This document shows, piece by piece, positions 33,565 to 42,863 of a stretch of DNA of 52,376 nt. The stretch comes from Frankiales bacterium. GTDB lineage: Bacteria; Actinomycetota; Actinomycetes; Mycobacteriales; SCTD01. Location: NCBI GenBank assembly GCA_025966005.1, contig JAOPVV010000173.1:1-52376 (forward strand), read 5' to 3'. Numbering within the stretch: the first letter of the stretch is position 1; the number at the start of each line of letters is the position of its first letter. The notes under the pieces are model-generated. The model ran no database searches. It was not told the DNA's origin and saw only the letters and a program-made list of their open reading frames with translations. The position numbers and the translations under genes are program-made.

Positions 33565-33876
33565 ATGGCCGTCACGGAAGTCAAGCCCGGTGCGCGGCTG
33601 CGCAGCACGGTGTCCGAGGCAGAGGTCGTCGTGGTCCGAGGGCCGCAGGACGCGGTCCAGCTGCGCTGCGGCGGCGCACCGATGGTGGCTCTCGATGCGG
33701 CCACGGAAGCGGCCGCGGCTCCCGGGGACGACGGGAGCACGCTGCTGGGCAAGCGGTACGTCGACGAGACGAGCTCGCTGGAACTGCTGTGCACCAAGGG
33801 CGGAGCCGGAGCGCTGACCGCCGACGGCCGGGTCCTGACGCTCAAGGGCGCCAAGCCGCTGCCCTCCTCGGACTGA
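33565..33876 (+). CDS. Small hypothetical protein (103 aa)
   Basis: ATG 33565 follows GAGGAG. High GC3. Its stop is 9 nt before the acyl-CoA synthetase start. I recognise no motif. Confidence 0.55.
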   Translation: MAVTEVKPGARLRSTVSEAEVVVVRGPQDAVQLRCGGAPMVALDAATEAAAAPGDDGSTLLGKRYVDETSSLELLCTKGGAGALTADGRVLTLKGAKPLPSSD

Positions 33877-33885
33877 GGGCCGGTC

Positions 33886-35379
33886 ATGGACCTCGGCCTG
33901 CTGCTGGACATGGCCGTCTCCGGCGACCCCGACCGGGTCGTGCTCGGCACGGCTGACCAGGGCATGACCGCCCAGGAGCTGCAGCAGCGCGCCCGCAACG
34001 GCGCCGTCGCGGTGCAGGAGGCCGGGGCCGCGCACCTGATGTTCGTCGGAAGCAGCGGACCGGCCTTCCCCGTGGCCCTGTTCGCCGCGGCGGCCGCGGG
34101 GGTGCCGCTGGTCCCGCTCAACTACCGGATGCCCGGGGAGCAGATCGCGGCGCTGATCGCCGAGAACGAGCCTGCGCTTGTCATCGCGGACGCCTGGCTG
34201 CGGGACTCCGGGGCGGTCGGTCCTGACGCCCTGACGCCGGAGCAGTGGCTCGAGCGGACGGCGGTCGACCGGTCGGACGTCCCGCTGGTCGGCGCCGTCG
34301 ACTCCGACGCCGTCGCCCTGCTGCTCTACACGAGCGGGACCACGGCCGCCCCGAAGGCTGCGGTGCTGCGGCACCGGAACCTGACGTCCTACGTCCTGTC
34401 GACGATCGAGTTCGCCTCCGCCGACCCGTCCGAGGCCAGCCTGGTGAGCGTCCCGCCCTACCACATCGCCGGCGTCGCCAACACGATCACGAACCTCTAC
34501 GCCGGCCGGCGCGTCATCCACCTGCCGACCTTCACGCCCGAGGCGTGGCTGGAGACAGCCCACCGAGAGGGTGTGACGCACGCGCTCGTCGTCCCGACCA
34601 TGCTCTCGAGGATCGTCGACCACCTCGAGCAGGACCCGGCGGCCACTGCGCCGAAGCTGCGAGCGCTGGCCTACGGCGGCGCCACCATGCCCAGCCGGGT
34701 GATCGAGCGCGCGCTCGCGCTGTTCCCCGACACCGGCTTCGTCAACGCCTACGGCCTGACGGAGACCAGCTCGACCATCGCGCTGCTCGGGCCGGACGAC
34801 CATCGGGCTGCCGGCTCGAGCGGTGACCCGGAGGTGCGCGCCCGGCTCGGCTCGGCCGGCCGGGCCGTCCCGGGCATCGAGCTCGAGGTCCGCGACGAGC
34901 ACGGTGCCCCGTGCCCGGCCGGCGTCGCCGGCGACCTGTGGGTCAGCGGGGAGCAGGTCTCGGGGGAGTACCGCGGGAGCGCGGGCAACGTCGTCGACGG
35001 CTGGTTCTCGACCCGCGACCGCGGCTGGCTCGACGCCGAGGGGTTCCTGTTCATCGAGGGGCGCACCGACGACACGATCATCCGCGGCGGGGAGAACATC
35101 GCCCCGGCGGAGATCGAGGACGTCCTGCAGCGGCACCCGTCCGTGGCCGACGTCGCGGTGGTCGGGCTGCCCGACGAGGAGTGGGGCCAGCGGATCGCTG
35201 CGGCCGTGGTGCCCCGCACGGGCCAGACGTGCTCCCCGGAGGAGCTGCAGGCCTGGGTCCGCACGCACCTGCGCGGCTCGAAGACCCCCGACCTCGTCGT
35301 CCTGACGGACGCACTGCCCCGCACGGACACGGGCAAGCTGCTGCGCCGTCAGGTGATCGCGGACCTGTCCCGGTCCTGA
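33886..35379 (+). CDS. Acyl-CoA synthetase / AMP-dependent ligase (class I adenylate-forming enzyme)
   Basis: LLYTSGTTAAPKA, NAYGLTETS, TRDRGWLD, GRTDDTIIRGGENI, LPRTDTGKLLRR. Confidence 0.9.
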   Translation: MDLGLLLDMAVSGDPDRVVLGTADQGMTAQELQQRARNGAVAVQEAGAAHLMFVGSSGPAFPVALFAAAAAGVPLVPLNYRMPGEQIAALIAENEPALVIADAWLRDSGAVGPDALTPEQWLERTAVDRSDVPLVGAVDSDAVALLLYTSGTTAAPKAAVLRHRNLTSYVLSTIEFASADPSEASLVSVPPYHIAGVANTITNLYAGRRVIHLPTFTPEAWLETAHREGVTHALVVPTMLSRIVDHLEQDPAATAPKLRALAYGGATMPSRVIERALALFPDTGFVNAYGLTETSSTIALLGPDDHRAAGSSGDPEVRARLGSAGRAVPGIELEVRDEHGAPCPAGVAGDLWVSGEQVSGEYRGSAGNVVDGWFSTRDRGWLDAEGFLFIEGRTDDTIIRGGENIAPAEIEDVLQRHPSVADVAVVGLPDEEWGQRIAAAVVPRTGQTCSPEELQAWVRTHLRGSKTPDLVVLTDALPRTDTGKLLRRQVIADLSRS

Positions 35380-35474
35380 GCGGGACGTCCGCACACGCCC
35401 ACCGAGTAACGTCCATCACACCCCACCGTGCCAGCCGCCGTGCTCGCACCCCATCCAGGTCGGAGTCGAGAGTC

Positions 35475-35675
35475 GTGACGCTTCACGTCAAGGTCGAGCG
35501 CGAGAAGTGCTGTGGGTACGGGATCTGCGCCGAGATCTGCCCGTCGGTCTACAAGCTGGACGACCAGGGTTTCGCCTACGTCGACACCGAGCTGGTCTCG
35601 TCCGACGACGAGGACAGCGCGGTCGAGGGCGCGGAGGCCTGCCCCGAGCTGGCCATCGTGCTCGTCCGCAGCTGA
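35475..35675 (+). CDS. Small ferredoxin (single-cluster, P450-associated type)
   Basis: 66 aa. KCCGYGICAEICP..(distal)..ACP cluster motif. GTG 35475. Confidence 0.75.
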   Translation: MTLHVKVEREKCCGYGICAEICPSVYKLDDQGFAYVDTELVSSDDEDSAVEGAEACPELAIVLVRS

Positions 35676-35689
35676 TCCCTTCCCCCGCA

Positions 35690-35713
35690 CTGACCCGGCG
35701 CGCGCCGGGTCAG
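35690..35713. terminator. Perfect 24-nt palindrome between convergent genes (possible bidirectional terminator)
   Basis: ctgacccggcgc/gcgccgggtcag lies between the stop at 35675 (+) and the stop at 35729 (-). Confidence 0.5.
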
Positions 35714-35728
35714 CCCAGCCGGGTCGGG

Positions 35729-36733
35729 TCAGCCGGGTCGGCGCGCCGCGAGGGCGACGCCTGACAGAGCCAGCAGGGCGCCCGCGACCGCGCCGGCGCT
35801 GAGGGGGCGGCCCTCGAGCGGGACGAGCCCGTCGAGCAGCGCCGCTCCGGTGAGCTGGCCGCCCACGGTCGCGAGCATCAGCGGCAGGACGGCCAGCCGG
35901 CGCACGGCCAGGACCGAGGACGTGATGTACCCGGCGGCGATCAGCCCGCCGGTGTACAGCCACGGCGAGGTCGGCCACTGCACGCTCGGCAGGGCAACCA
36001 GCAGGAGCACCAGCAGGGCCGCCATGCCGACGGAGAACGACACCAGCGCCGGGACGAACGCCCCGCCCGAGACGGCGCCCAGCCGGCCGTTCACCGGCTG
36101 CTGGAACGCGGTGGCGACGCCCGCGAGGACCAGGACGCCCAGCAGGCCCAGCTCCCCGCCCGCAGAGGCGGACCCGGAGGCGGCGGCGACCGCGGCAACG
36201 GCGAGGAGCGAGCCCCCGACGCGAGCGGGCGTCAGGACATGGCGTCCCGACGGGCCGAAGCCGGCCCGGTCGGCCGCCAGGGCGCCCAGCGCCATGCCGG
36301 TGCACGAGCCGACGCTGGCCACCGCGACGCCGACGCGCGGGGCGGCGACGACCATCGCGGTGGCCGAGAAGGCACCGGACACGCCGCCGAGCCAGTACCA
36401 CCAGCGCGTGGGTCCCTGGCGCAGCCGTCGCACGGCGTCGCGGTCGCGCACCAGCACCAGCAGCGCCAGCGCCACCACGGCCACGGCGAAGGAGATGCCG
36501 CTGGCGGCGAGCGGCGAGCCCATCTCGACGCCCAGGGCGCCGGCCACCCGCGTCTGCACGGCGAGCATCGCCCCGGCCAGGGTCATCCCCGCGAGGGGCA
36601 GGAGCGCCGAGCGGGGCGGGCCCGCCGCCGGGGCGGGAGGGGCCGGCGGCGCCGACGTGGTTGCGCTCAGGTCGGCGGCGCGACGGGCCGCACGGTCGGG
36701 GCCCAGCCCTGCGTCACGAACTTGTGGCCCCAC
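35729..36733 (-). CDS. DMT-superfamily membrane protein (duplicated YdcZ/DUF606-like)
   Basis: About 10 hydrophobic helices with an internal duplication (QTRVAGALGVEMGSPLAASGISFAV versus QQPVNGRLGAVSGGAFVPALVSFSV). The start is uncertain: ATG 36733 would overlap the upstream dioxygenase by 67 nt, and ATG 36586 is the alternative. Confidence 0.6.
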   Translation of the reverse strand: MGPQVRDAGLGPDRAARRAADLSATTSAPPAPPAPAAGPPRSALLPLAGMTLAGAMLAVQTRVAGALGVEMGSPLAASGISFAVAVVALALLVLVRDRDAVRRLRQGPTRWWYWLGGVSGAFSATAMVVAAPRVGVAVASVGSCTGMALGALAADRAGFGPSGRHVLTPARVGGSLLAVAAVAAASGSASAGGELGLLGVLVLAGVATAFQQPVNGRLGAVSGGAFVPALVSFSVGMAALLVLLLVALPSVQWPTSPWLYTGGLIAAGYITSSVLAVRRLAVLPLMLATVGGQLTGAALLDGLVPLEGRPLSAGAVAGALLALSGVALAARRPG

Positions 36734-37587
36734 ACCTCGGGGCTCGACGGGCTCAGCTGCACATAGTCATCGCTGAGGGCGTCGCCGCCGGCGCCGAACT
36801 CCATGTCGAAGCCGGTCGGGGTCCGCAGGTAGAACGACACCAGGGAGTCCATCATGTGACGCCCGAGCGACATGGTGATCGGGATGTCCTCGCGCGACTG
36901 CACGATGTCGTAGGCCTTGCCGACGTCGTCCAGGCTGTTGGCCTCCAGGCACCAGTGCTGCATCCCGCGCATGCCGGGGATGGCGATGTAGGCGAAGCAG
37001 TGCGTCCGAGGGTTGCAGCGGTAGAACTGCGGACCGGCGAGCTTGCCGTCCGGAGTCGGCGCGAGGTAGCCGGCGAACAGCTGGAAGCCCAGGACCTCGG
37101 TCGCGAAGTGCTCGAGCTCGTCGGTGAACTCGGGGACGACGACCACGCAGTGCCCGACGCCGTGGTGGTCGGCGACGAAGCCGGCGGACGGCTTGGCGGT
37201 CTGGAAGGAGCCGGCCGTGAAGACCTGGCCGTAGAAGATCTCGTGCGTGAAGTCTGCGGGGTCGACGAACTGCGCGAAGGCCGCGACCTTGCGCTCCTGG
37301 CACTCCTGCGGACTGCCCAGGCGGAAGTCGACGCCGTGCCCCTCGAGTTCGGCACAGGCCTCGACGAAGGCGGCCTTCCCGGTGAGCTCCCAGCCCAGGT
37401 AGGCGAGCTCGTCCTGGTCGCCCGGGTGCACCGCTACGCGGTGGTGCCGGTCGTCCATCCTCAGGTAGACGGTGCCGTCGGAGCCGGGCTCGGCCAGGCC
37501 CAGCCCGAAGACCTCGGGCCCGAAGGACTCCCACTCCTTGTGGAGAGGGGACCGGAAGCCGAGGTAACCGAGCGAGGTGATCTTCAC
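36667..37587 (-). CDS. Type I extradiol dioxygenase, BphC/HsaC-like (second copy)
   Basis: GTG 37587 (VKITSLGYLGF, matching MDIIGLGYLGL of the paralog) follows AGGGAG. Candidate ligands lie in GVGHCVVVV, GMQHWCLEA and FDMEFGA. Confidence 0.9.
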   Translation of the reverse strand: MKITSLGYLGFRSPLHKEWESFGPEVFGLGLAEPGSDGTVYLRMDDRHHRVAVHPGDQDELAYLGWELTGKAAFVEACAELEGHGVDFRLGSPQECQERKVAAFAQFVDPADFTHEIFYGQVFTAGSFQTAKPSAGFVADHHGVGHCVVVVPEFTDELEHFATEVLGFQLFAGYLAPTPDGKLAGPQFYRCNPRTHCFAYIAIPGMRGMQHWCLEANSLDDVGKAYDIVQSREDIPITMSLGRHMMDSLVSFYLRTPTGFDMEFGAGGDALSDDYVQLSPSSPEVWGHKFVTQGWAPTVRPVAPPT

Positions 37588-37649
37588 GGCGAGCTCCCTG
37601 GGTACGCGGATGGCCGTGGTCACGGCTGACATGACGGTAGGCAATCAAG

Positions 37650-37669
37650 ACAGTTGCTGTCAATGCTGT
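37650..37669. promoter_or_regulatory. Perfect ACAG-N12-CTGT(TC) element
   Basis: acagttgctgtcaatgctgt followed by tc. Lies 62 nt upstream of the dioxygenase start at 37587. Confidence 0.5.
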
Positions 37670-37713
37670 TCGAGGCTAACCGGCCCTGGTGCCGGGCGTT
37701 GCACTCGTGCGGC

Positions 37714-37733
37714 ACAGGTAGTACAACTCCACT
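37714..37733. promoter_or_regulatory. ACAGGTAGT-type half element
   Basis: acaggtagtacaactccact resembles the left half of ACAGATAGTGCAGC. Lies 32 nt upstream of the ATG at 37766. Confidence 0.3.
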
Positions 37734-37765
37734 CACACTTGTCTCATCCCCCGAAGGGCTCCTCC

Positions 37766-38998
37766 ATGAGGGCACCACGTCGCACCACCGCCGTCGCCGC
37801 CGCAGGCCTGAGCCTCGCCCTCGCTCTCTCGGGCTGCGGCAGCGACGACGAGACCGCCGCCGCCGACCAGGGGGCCGCGGCGCTCGTGGGCCCACCGGTC
37901 CGGCTGTTCACGATCCAGCAGCTCACCGCGCAGAACCAGCAGTCCCGGCCCGAGGCCGTCTCGGCCATCGAGGCCGCCGTCAAGGCCGTCAACGCGGAGG
38001 GCGGCCTGGCCGGCCGGCCCGTGGAGGTCGAGGTCTGCGACGACAAGTTCAGCGCGGCCGACGGGGCCAACTGCGCGCGGGAGGCCGTGAGCGGCGAGTT
38101 CGCGGCGGTCGTCGGCTCCACGACAGCCGTCGGTGACGCCGTGTACCCCGTCCTCGAGGCCGCCCAGGTCCCGAACATCGGACCGTTCGCGATCAACCGA
38201 GGCGACTTCTCCAGCGAGATCTCCTTCCCGCTGTTCGGTGCCGGCCCGTCCGGGACGGCCGGTCTGCCCTACGCGCTCAAGGAGGCCGGGGCCGAGAAGA
38301 TCGGCATCGCCTTCGTCGACATCCCGACCGCTGCGGTCGGCCTGACCTTCATCGCCGCCGGCGCCAAGGGCGCCGGGATCGAGCTCGGCAACGAGGTCCC
38401 GATCCCGCTGACCACGACCGACATCACGGCGGTCGTCTCCGCGGCGGCGCGCGGCAACTCCGGGATCGGCCTGGTGACGCAGCCGGTCCAGACGGCGTCG
38501 TTCCTGCGCAGCCACGGTGCCCAGGGACTCGACATCCCCGTCGCCGCCACCGCCGCCGGCCCGGTCCTGCTCGAGCAGCTCGGGAGCGCCGCGGAACCGC
38601 TCATGCTGGCCAGTGCCTACGCCCCCCTCAACGCCGACGTCCCTGGCATGAAGCAGTTCAACGCCGACATGGACGAGTACGCACCGGACGCCGAGCGCAG
38701 CGCCTACGCGATCACCTCCTGGCTGGCGGTCCGTGCGGTGCAGAGGATCGTGGCGGACCAGGGCCTCGAGAAGATCGACAAGGCCAGCCTGATGGCCGCC
38801 TTCTCGCAGGCGGACGGACTCGACCTGGGTGGCGTCGTGCCGAAGTTCTCGACGAAGAACGCGCTCACGCTGAAGGGCCTGAACCGGATCTTCACGCCCT
38901 ACATCCAGATCCTGGACGTCAAGGACGGGGAGCCGACGGCCGTCACGGGGAAGTGGTTCAACCCGTTCGACCCCACCGCACCCGAGCCGGAGGTCTGA
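37766..38998 (+). CDS. Lipoprotein, LivJ-type ABC substrate-binding protein (orphan, second copy)
   Basis: Lipobox LALSGCG. LAGRPVEVEVCDDKF. Collinear with 22689..23933 over its full length. Confidence 0.85.
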   Translation: MRAPRRTTAVAAAGLSLALALSGCGSDDETAAADQGAAALVGPPVRLFTIQQLTAQNQQSRPEAVSAIEAAVKAVNAEGGLAGRPVEVEVCDDKFSAADGANCAREAVSGEFAAVVGSTTAVGDAVYPVLEAAQVPNIGPFAINRGDFSSEISFPLFGAGPSGTAGLPYALKEAGAEKIGIAFVDIPTAAVGLTFIAAGAKGAGIELGNEVPIPLTTTDITAVVSAAARGNSGIGLVTQPVQTASFLRSHGAQGLDIPVAATAAGPVLLEQLGSAAEPLMLASAYAPLNADVPGMKQFNADMDEYAPDAERSAYAITSWLAVRAVQRIVADQGLEKIDKASLMAAFSQADGLDLGGVVPKFSTKNALTLKGLNRIFTPYIQILDVKDGEPTAVTGKWFNPFDPTAPEPEV

Positions 38999-39003
38999 CC
39001 GAA

Positions 39004-39026
39004 CGGGCCCGCCTGCAGCGGGCCCG
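39004..39026 (+). terminator. GC-rich hairpin after the binding-protein gene
   Basis: cgggcccgc (39004-39012), loop ctgca, gcgggcccg (39018-39026). Confidence 0.45.
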
Positions 39027-39109
39027 CTCGTCCGTGCTCGTCGTCGTCCGAGACGGATCGGACACGTACTGTCGTCCCTGAGTGCACACCCGTCCCCGTG
39101 GAGGCTCCG

Positions 39110-40381
39110 ATGTCCGTCCAGCTGACCAGTGCCGTGATCGTCGACGCCGTCCGCAGCCCCATGGGCAAGGGCAAGCGGGCCGCCCACGGCCGGCCGGGAG
39201 GTGCGCTGTCCCCACTGCACGCCGTCGACCTGCTCGCCCAGGTCCTGCGCGGGCTGGTCGACCGCACCGGCATCGACCCGGGCCTGGTCGACGACGTGCT
39301 CATCGGGTGCGTCAGCCAGGCCGGCGAGCAGGCCGCCACCCCGGGCCGGCTGGCCTGGCTCGCTGCCGGCCTGCCCGAGCACGTCCCGTCGGTGACGATC
39401 GACCGGCGCTGCGGCTCGAGCCAGCAGTCCGTCGAGTTCGCCGCCCACGCGATCATGGCCGGCGCCTACGACGTCGCCGTCGCGGGCGGCGTCGAGTCGA
39501 TGAGCCGGGTGCCGATGGGGTCGGCCCGCATGGGCGCCGACGTCTACGGCCGGGGCATCGCCGAGCGCTACGCCCCCGGGCTCGTCGGACAGGGCGTGTC
39601 CGCCGAGCTGGTGGCTGCCCGGTACGGCATCACCCGTGACGAGATGGACGCCTACGCCGCGCGCTCCCACGCCCTGGCCTCGGCGGCGCAGGACGCCTTC
39701 GCCCAGGAGATCGTGCCCATCACCGTGCCCGTCGAGGTCGACCCGAGCGCGGTCAGCGTCGACGACGAGCGGCCGTCCGGGGCCCACCCGACAGGGGAGA
39801 CCCGAGTCGTGAGCCAGGACGAGACGATCCGGACCGGGACGACGGCCGAGGGCCTGGCGGCGCTCCGGCCGGCCTTCCAGGACGACGAGAGCAGCGCCCG
39901 CTTCCCGGAGATCACCTGGTCGGTGACCGCTGGCAACTCCTCGCAGATCACCGACGGGGCGACGGCGCTGCTGCTCATGAGCGAGGAGCGGGCCAGCGCC
40001 CTCGGGCTGCGACCCCGCGCGCGCATCGTCGGCACCTGCGTCGTCGGAGACGACCCGCTGCTGATGCTCACCGGGCCGATCCCGGCGACCGAGCGGGTGC
40101 TCAAGCGCACCGGGCTGTCGCTCGACGACATCGACCACTACGAGGTCAACGAGGCGTTCGCCTCGGTCCCGCTGGCGTGGCAGAAGCACTTCGGGGCCGA
40201 CCCCGCGAAGCTCAACGGCCAGGGCGGCGCCATCGCCCTCGGCCATCCGCTGGGTGCGTCCGGCGCACGACTGCTGACCACGATGCTGGGCGCCCTCGAG
40301 GCCTCGGGCGGCCGGTACGGCCTGCAGACGATGTGCGAGGCCGGCGGCATGGCCAACGCTCTTGTGGTCGAGCGGCTCTGA
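39110..40381 (+). CDS. Acetyl-CoA acyltransferase (thiolase)
   Basis: ATG 39110 follows GGAGG. Nucleophile region IDRRCGSSQQ, NEAFAS, GGAIALGHPLGASG, CEAGGMA. Confidence 0.9.
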   Translation: MSVQLTSAVIVDAVRSPMGKGKRAAHGRPGGALSPLHAVDLLAQVLRGLVDRTGIDPGLVDDVLIGCVSQAGEQAATPGRLAWLAAGLPEHVPSVTIDRRCGSSQQSVEFAAHAIMAGAYDVAVAGGVESMSRVPMGSARMGADVYGRGIAERYAPGLVGQGVSAELVAARYGITRDEMDAYAARSHALASAAQDAFAQEIVPITVPVEVDPSAVSVDDERPSGAHPTGETRVVSQDETIRTGTTAEGLAALRPAFQDDESSARFPEITWSVTAGNSSQITDGATALLLMSEERASALGLRPRARIVGTCVVGDDPLLMLTGPIPATERVLKRTGLSLDDIDHYEVNEAFASVPLAWQKHFGADPAKLNGQGGAIALGHPLGASGARLLTTMLGALEASGGRYGLQTMCEAGGMANALVVERL

Positions 40382-40464
40382 GACCGGGCGGTTGCCGCCG
40401 CCAGCACCGCCGAGCCGGACCGGTACACCCCCGACACCCGCCCCCTGACACGTGAGGAGACGTC

Positions 40465-41610
40465 GTGCGCCGCACGCTGTTCACCGAGGAGCACGAGGCC
40501 TTCCGCAAGCTGGTCCGCTCGTTCTACGAGAAGGAGGCCGTCCCGCACTACGCCGAGTGGGAGGCCGCGGGCCACCCGCCGCGGGACTTCTGGCTGCAGG
40601 CCGGCGAGCTGGGACTGCTCGGCGTGCAGGTCCCGGAGGAGTTCGGGGGCGGCGGCGAGTCCGCGACCTTCCTGTACAACGTCATCCTCACCGAGGAGGC
40701 GCAGCGCGCTGGGCTGGCCCTCGGTGGGCTGCGGGTGCACACCGACATCTGCATGCCCTACTTCCTCGAGCTCACGACCGACGAGCAGAAGGCACGCTGG
40801 CTGCCGCGCCTGGTGACCGGCGAGGCCGTGTCGGCGCTCGGCATGAGCGAGCCCGGTGCCGGCTCGGACGTCAAGGCGCTGCGGACGACGGCGGTCCGCG
40901 ACGGCGAGCACTACGTCGTCAACGGCGCCAAGACGTTCATCAGCAACGGCCTGGTCGCCGATCTCGTGGTGCTGTGCGTGAAGACCGACCCCACTGCCGG
41001 TCGCAAGGGCATCAGCCTGCTGGTCGTCGAGGCCGACACTCCGGGCTTCGAGCGGGGCCGCAAGCTGGAGAAGATCGGGCTGAAGTCGCAGGACCTAGCG
41101 GAGCTCAGCTTCACCGACATGCGCGTCCCTGTGGAGAACCTGCTCGGCGCAGAGGGCGACGGATGGCCGCACCTCACGCGCAACCTGGCCCAGGAACGGC
41201 TGTCCATCGCGGTGAACTCGCAGGCCGCGGCCGCGCAGGCCATCGTCACGACGGTCGACTACGTGAAGAACCGGCAGGCCTTCGGCACCACCGTCGCGTC
41301 GTTCCAGAACACCAAGTTCGAGCTGGCGGCGTGCGCCACCGAGGTGGAGGCGGGCCAGGCGCTGCTCGACAACGCGCTGCAGGCGAACGAGCTGGGCGAG
41401 CTGAGCGGCGCGGACGCGGCCAAGGTCAAGCTCTACTGCACCGAGCTCCAGGGGCGCGTCGTCGACCGCTGCCTGCAGCTGCACGGCGGCTACGGCTACA
41501 TCCTGGAGTACCCGATCGCCAAGGCGTACGCCGACGCCCGCGTCACCCGCATCTACGCCGGCTCGAGCGAGATCATGAAGACCATCATCTCCAAGGACAT
41601 GGGCCTGTAG
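40465..41610 (+). CDS. Acyl-CoA dehydrogenase
   Basis: GTG 40465 follows GAGGAGA. Motifs LGMSEPGAGSD, YVVNGAKTFISNG, QLHGGYGY, IYAGSSEIMK. Confidence 0.9.
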   Translation: MRRTLFTEEHEAFRKLVRSFYEKEAVPHYAEWEAAGHPPRDFWLQAGELGLLGVQVPEEFGGGGESATFLYNVILTEEAQRAGLALGGLRVHTDICMPYFLELTTDEQKARWLPRLVTGEAVSALGMSEPGAGSDVKALRTTAVRDGEHYVVNGAKTFISNGLVADLVVLCVKTDPTAGRKGISLLVVEADTPGFERGRKLEKIGLKSQDLAELSFTDMRVPVENLLGAEGDGWPHLTRNLAQERLSIAVNSQAAAAQAIVTTVDYVKNRQAFGTTVASFQNTKFELAACATEVEAGQALLDNALQANELGELSGADAAKVKLYCTELQGRVVDRCLQLHGGYGYILEYPIAKAYADARVTRIYAGSSEIMKTIISKDMGL

Positions 41611-41612
41611 CT

Positions 41613-41667
41613 GCCCGCACGCCAGCGGCCGCCGCCCCTCGGGGACGGCGGCCGCTGGCGTGCGGGC
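41613..41667. terminator. Very strong hairpin (22-bp perfect stem) between convergent genes
   Basis: gcccgcacgccagcggccgccg (41613-41634) is the exact reverse complement of cggcggccgctggcgtgcgggc (41646-41667). Confidence 0.65.
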
Positions 41668-41675
41668 CTGTCTGC

Positions 41676-42863
41676 TCAGCGCGGTGGCGTGAGCAGCACC
41701 GCCCCTCCGAGCGGTCCCGCTCCCGCTGAGGTCAGGGCCACCTGGGCGCCCTGCACCTGGCGGGCACCCGCCTCGCCGCGGATCTGCACACAGCTCTCGT
41801 AGAGCAGCGAGTGGGCGTGCACCCGGCCGCCCGAGAGCTGCCCGCCGCCCGTGTTGAGAGGCAGCTGGCCGCCGATCCTGATGCGCTCGCCGCCCTCGAC
41901 GAAGGCTCCGGCCTCGCCGGGACCGCAGAATCCGAGTGCCTCGAGCCAGGCGATGAGGATGAACGAGAAGCCGTCGTAGAGCTGCGCCACGTCGACGTCG
42001 TCCTGCCGCAGGTCGGTGCGCGACCACATGTGCTTGGCCGCCGCGTGGGAGGCCATGTGGGTCGGGTGCGTCCACTGGTCCCAGAACGGCCGGCCGCTGT
42101 ACGCACTGCCCACGGCCTCGATGCGGACCGGTGCCCGCAGGTCGGGCACCGTGTCGACCGCTGAGACGACGAAGGCCACCGCGGCATCCGACGGGACGTC
42201 GCAGTCGTAGAGGCGCAGCGGGCTGGTGATGACGCGCGACTCGAGGTAGTCGTCGATCGTGATCGGGTCGCGGTAGACCGCGTGCGGCGTCAGCGCGGCG
42301 TGCGCGCGGTTGTTGACCGCGACCCAGCCGAGCTGCTCCGGCTTGAGGCCGTACTCGTGCACGTAGCGCGTCGCCATCAGCGCCATCCAGTGCGCCGCGG
42401 ACACGGCTCCGAACGGGCGCAGCCAGGAGAAGTTTCCGACGATGCCGTTGTTGTCGACGGGGTGGACAGCCGACCGGCCGCCACCGCCCTGCCCGCTCGA
42501 CTCGCCGGTGGCGCGGTAGACGAGAACGTGCTTGGCGACACCGGCGGCAACGGCGTGGCAGGCGGAGAACAGACCCGCCAGCTGGCTGGCCCCCTCGGTC
42601 CAGGAGCCGTGGAAGGTCAGCTCGCCCAGCGCCAGCGCGTCCGACACGCGCAGGGCCGCCGGGCCGCTGAAGCCCATGGGGGCGGGGATCTCCCCGGGCC
42701 AGGCGATGATCCCGTCGATGTCCGCAGGCGTCAGCCCAGCATCCTGGATGGCGTCGCGGGAGGCCTGGACCGCGAGGTCGAGCTCGGAACGCCCGGAACG
42801 GCGGGCGAAGTCGGACTTCCCGGCACCGGAGATGACGACGTGGTCCTCCCACTTGCCCCTCAC
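41676..42863 (-). CDS. Thiolase-fold SCP-x/Ltp-like protein (lipid-transfer-protein type)
   Basis: VVISGAGKSDFARRSGRSELDL, thiolase-like length, C-terminal NTGGGQLSGG. GTG 42863 overlaps the DUF35 stop (GTGA). Confidence 0.8.
   Translation of the reverse strand: MRGKWEDHVVISGAGKSDFARRSGRSELDLAVQASRDAIQDAGLTPADIDGIIAWPGEIPAPMGFSGPAALRVSDALALGELTFHGSWTEGASQLAGLFSACHAVAAGVAKHVLVYRATGESSGQGGGGRSAVHPVDNNGIVGNFSWLRPFGAVSAAHWMALMATRYVHEYGLKPEQLGWVAVNNRAHAALTPHAVYRDPITIDDYLESRVITSPLRLYDCDVPSDAAVAFVVSAVDTVPDLRAPVRIEAVGSAYSGRPFWDQWTHPTHMASHAAAKHMWSRTDLRQDDVDVAQLYDGFSFILIAWLEALGFCGPGEAGAFVEGGERIRIGGQLPLNTGGGQLSGGRVHAHSLLYESCVQIRGEAGARQVQGAQVALTSAGAGPLGGAVLLTPPR

Noticed and set aside
39062-39081. ACAC-N12-CTGA word upstream of the thiolase gene.
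   Set aside because: Both half-sites are degenerate. It is indistinguishable from chance without a quantitative motif model.
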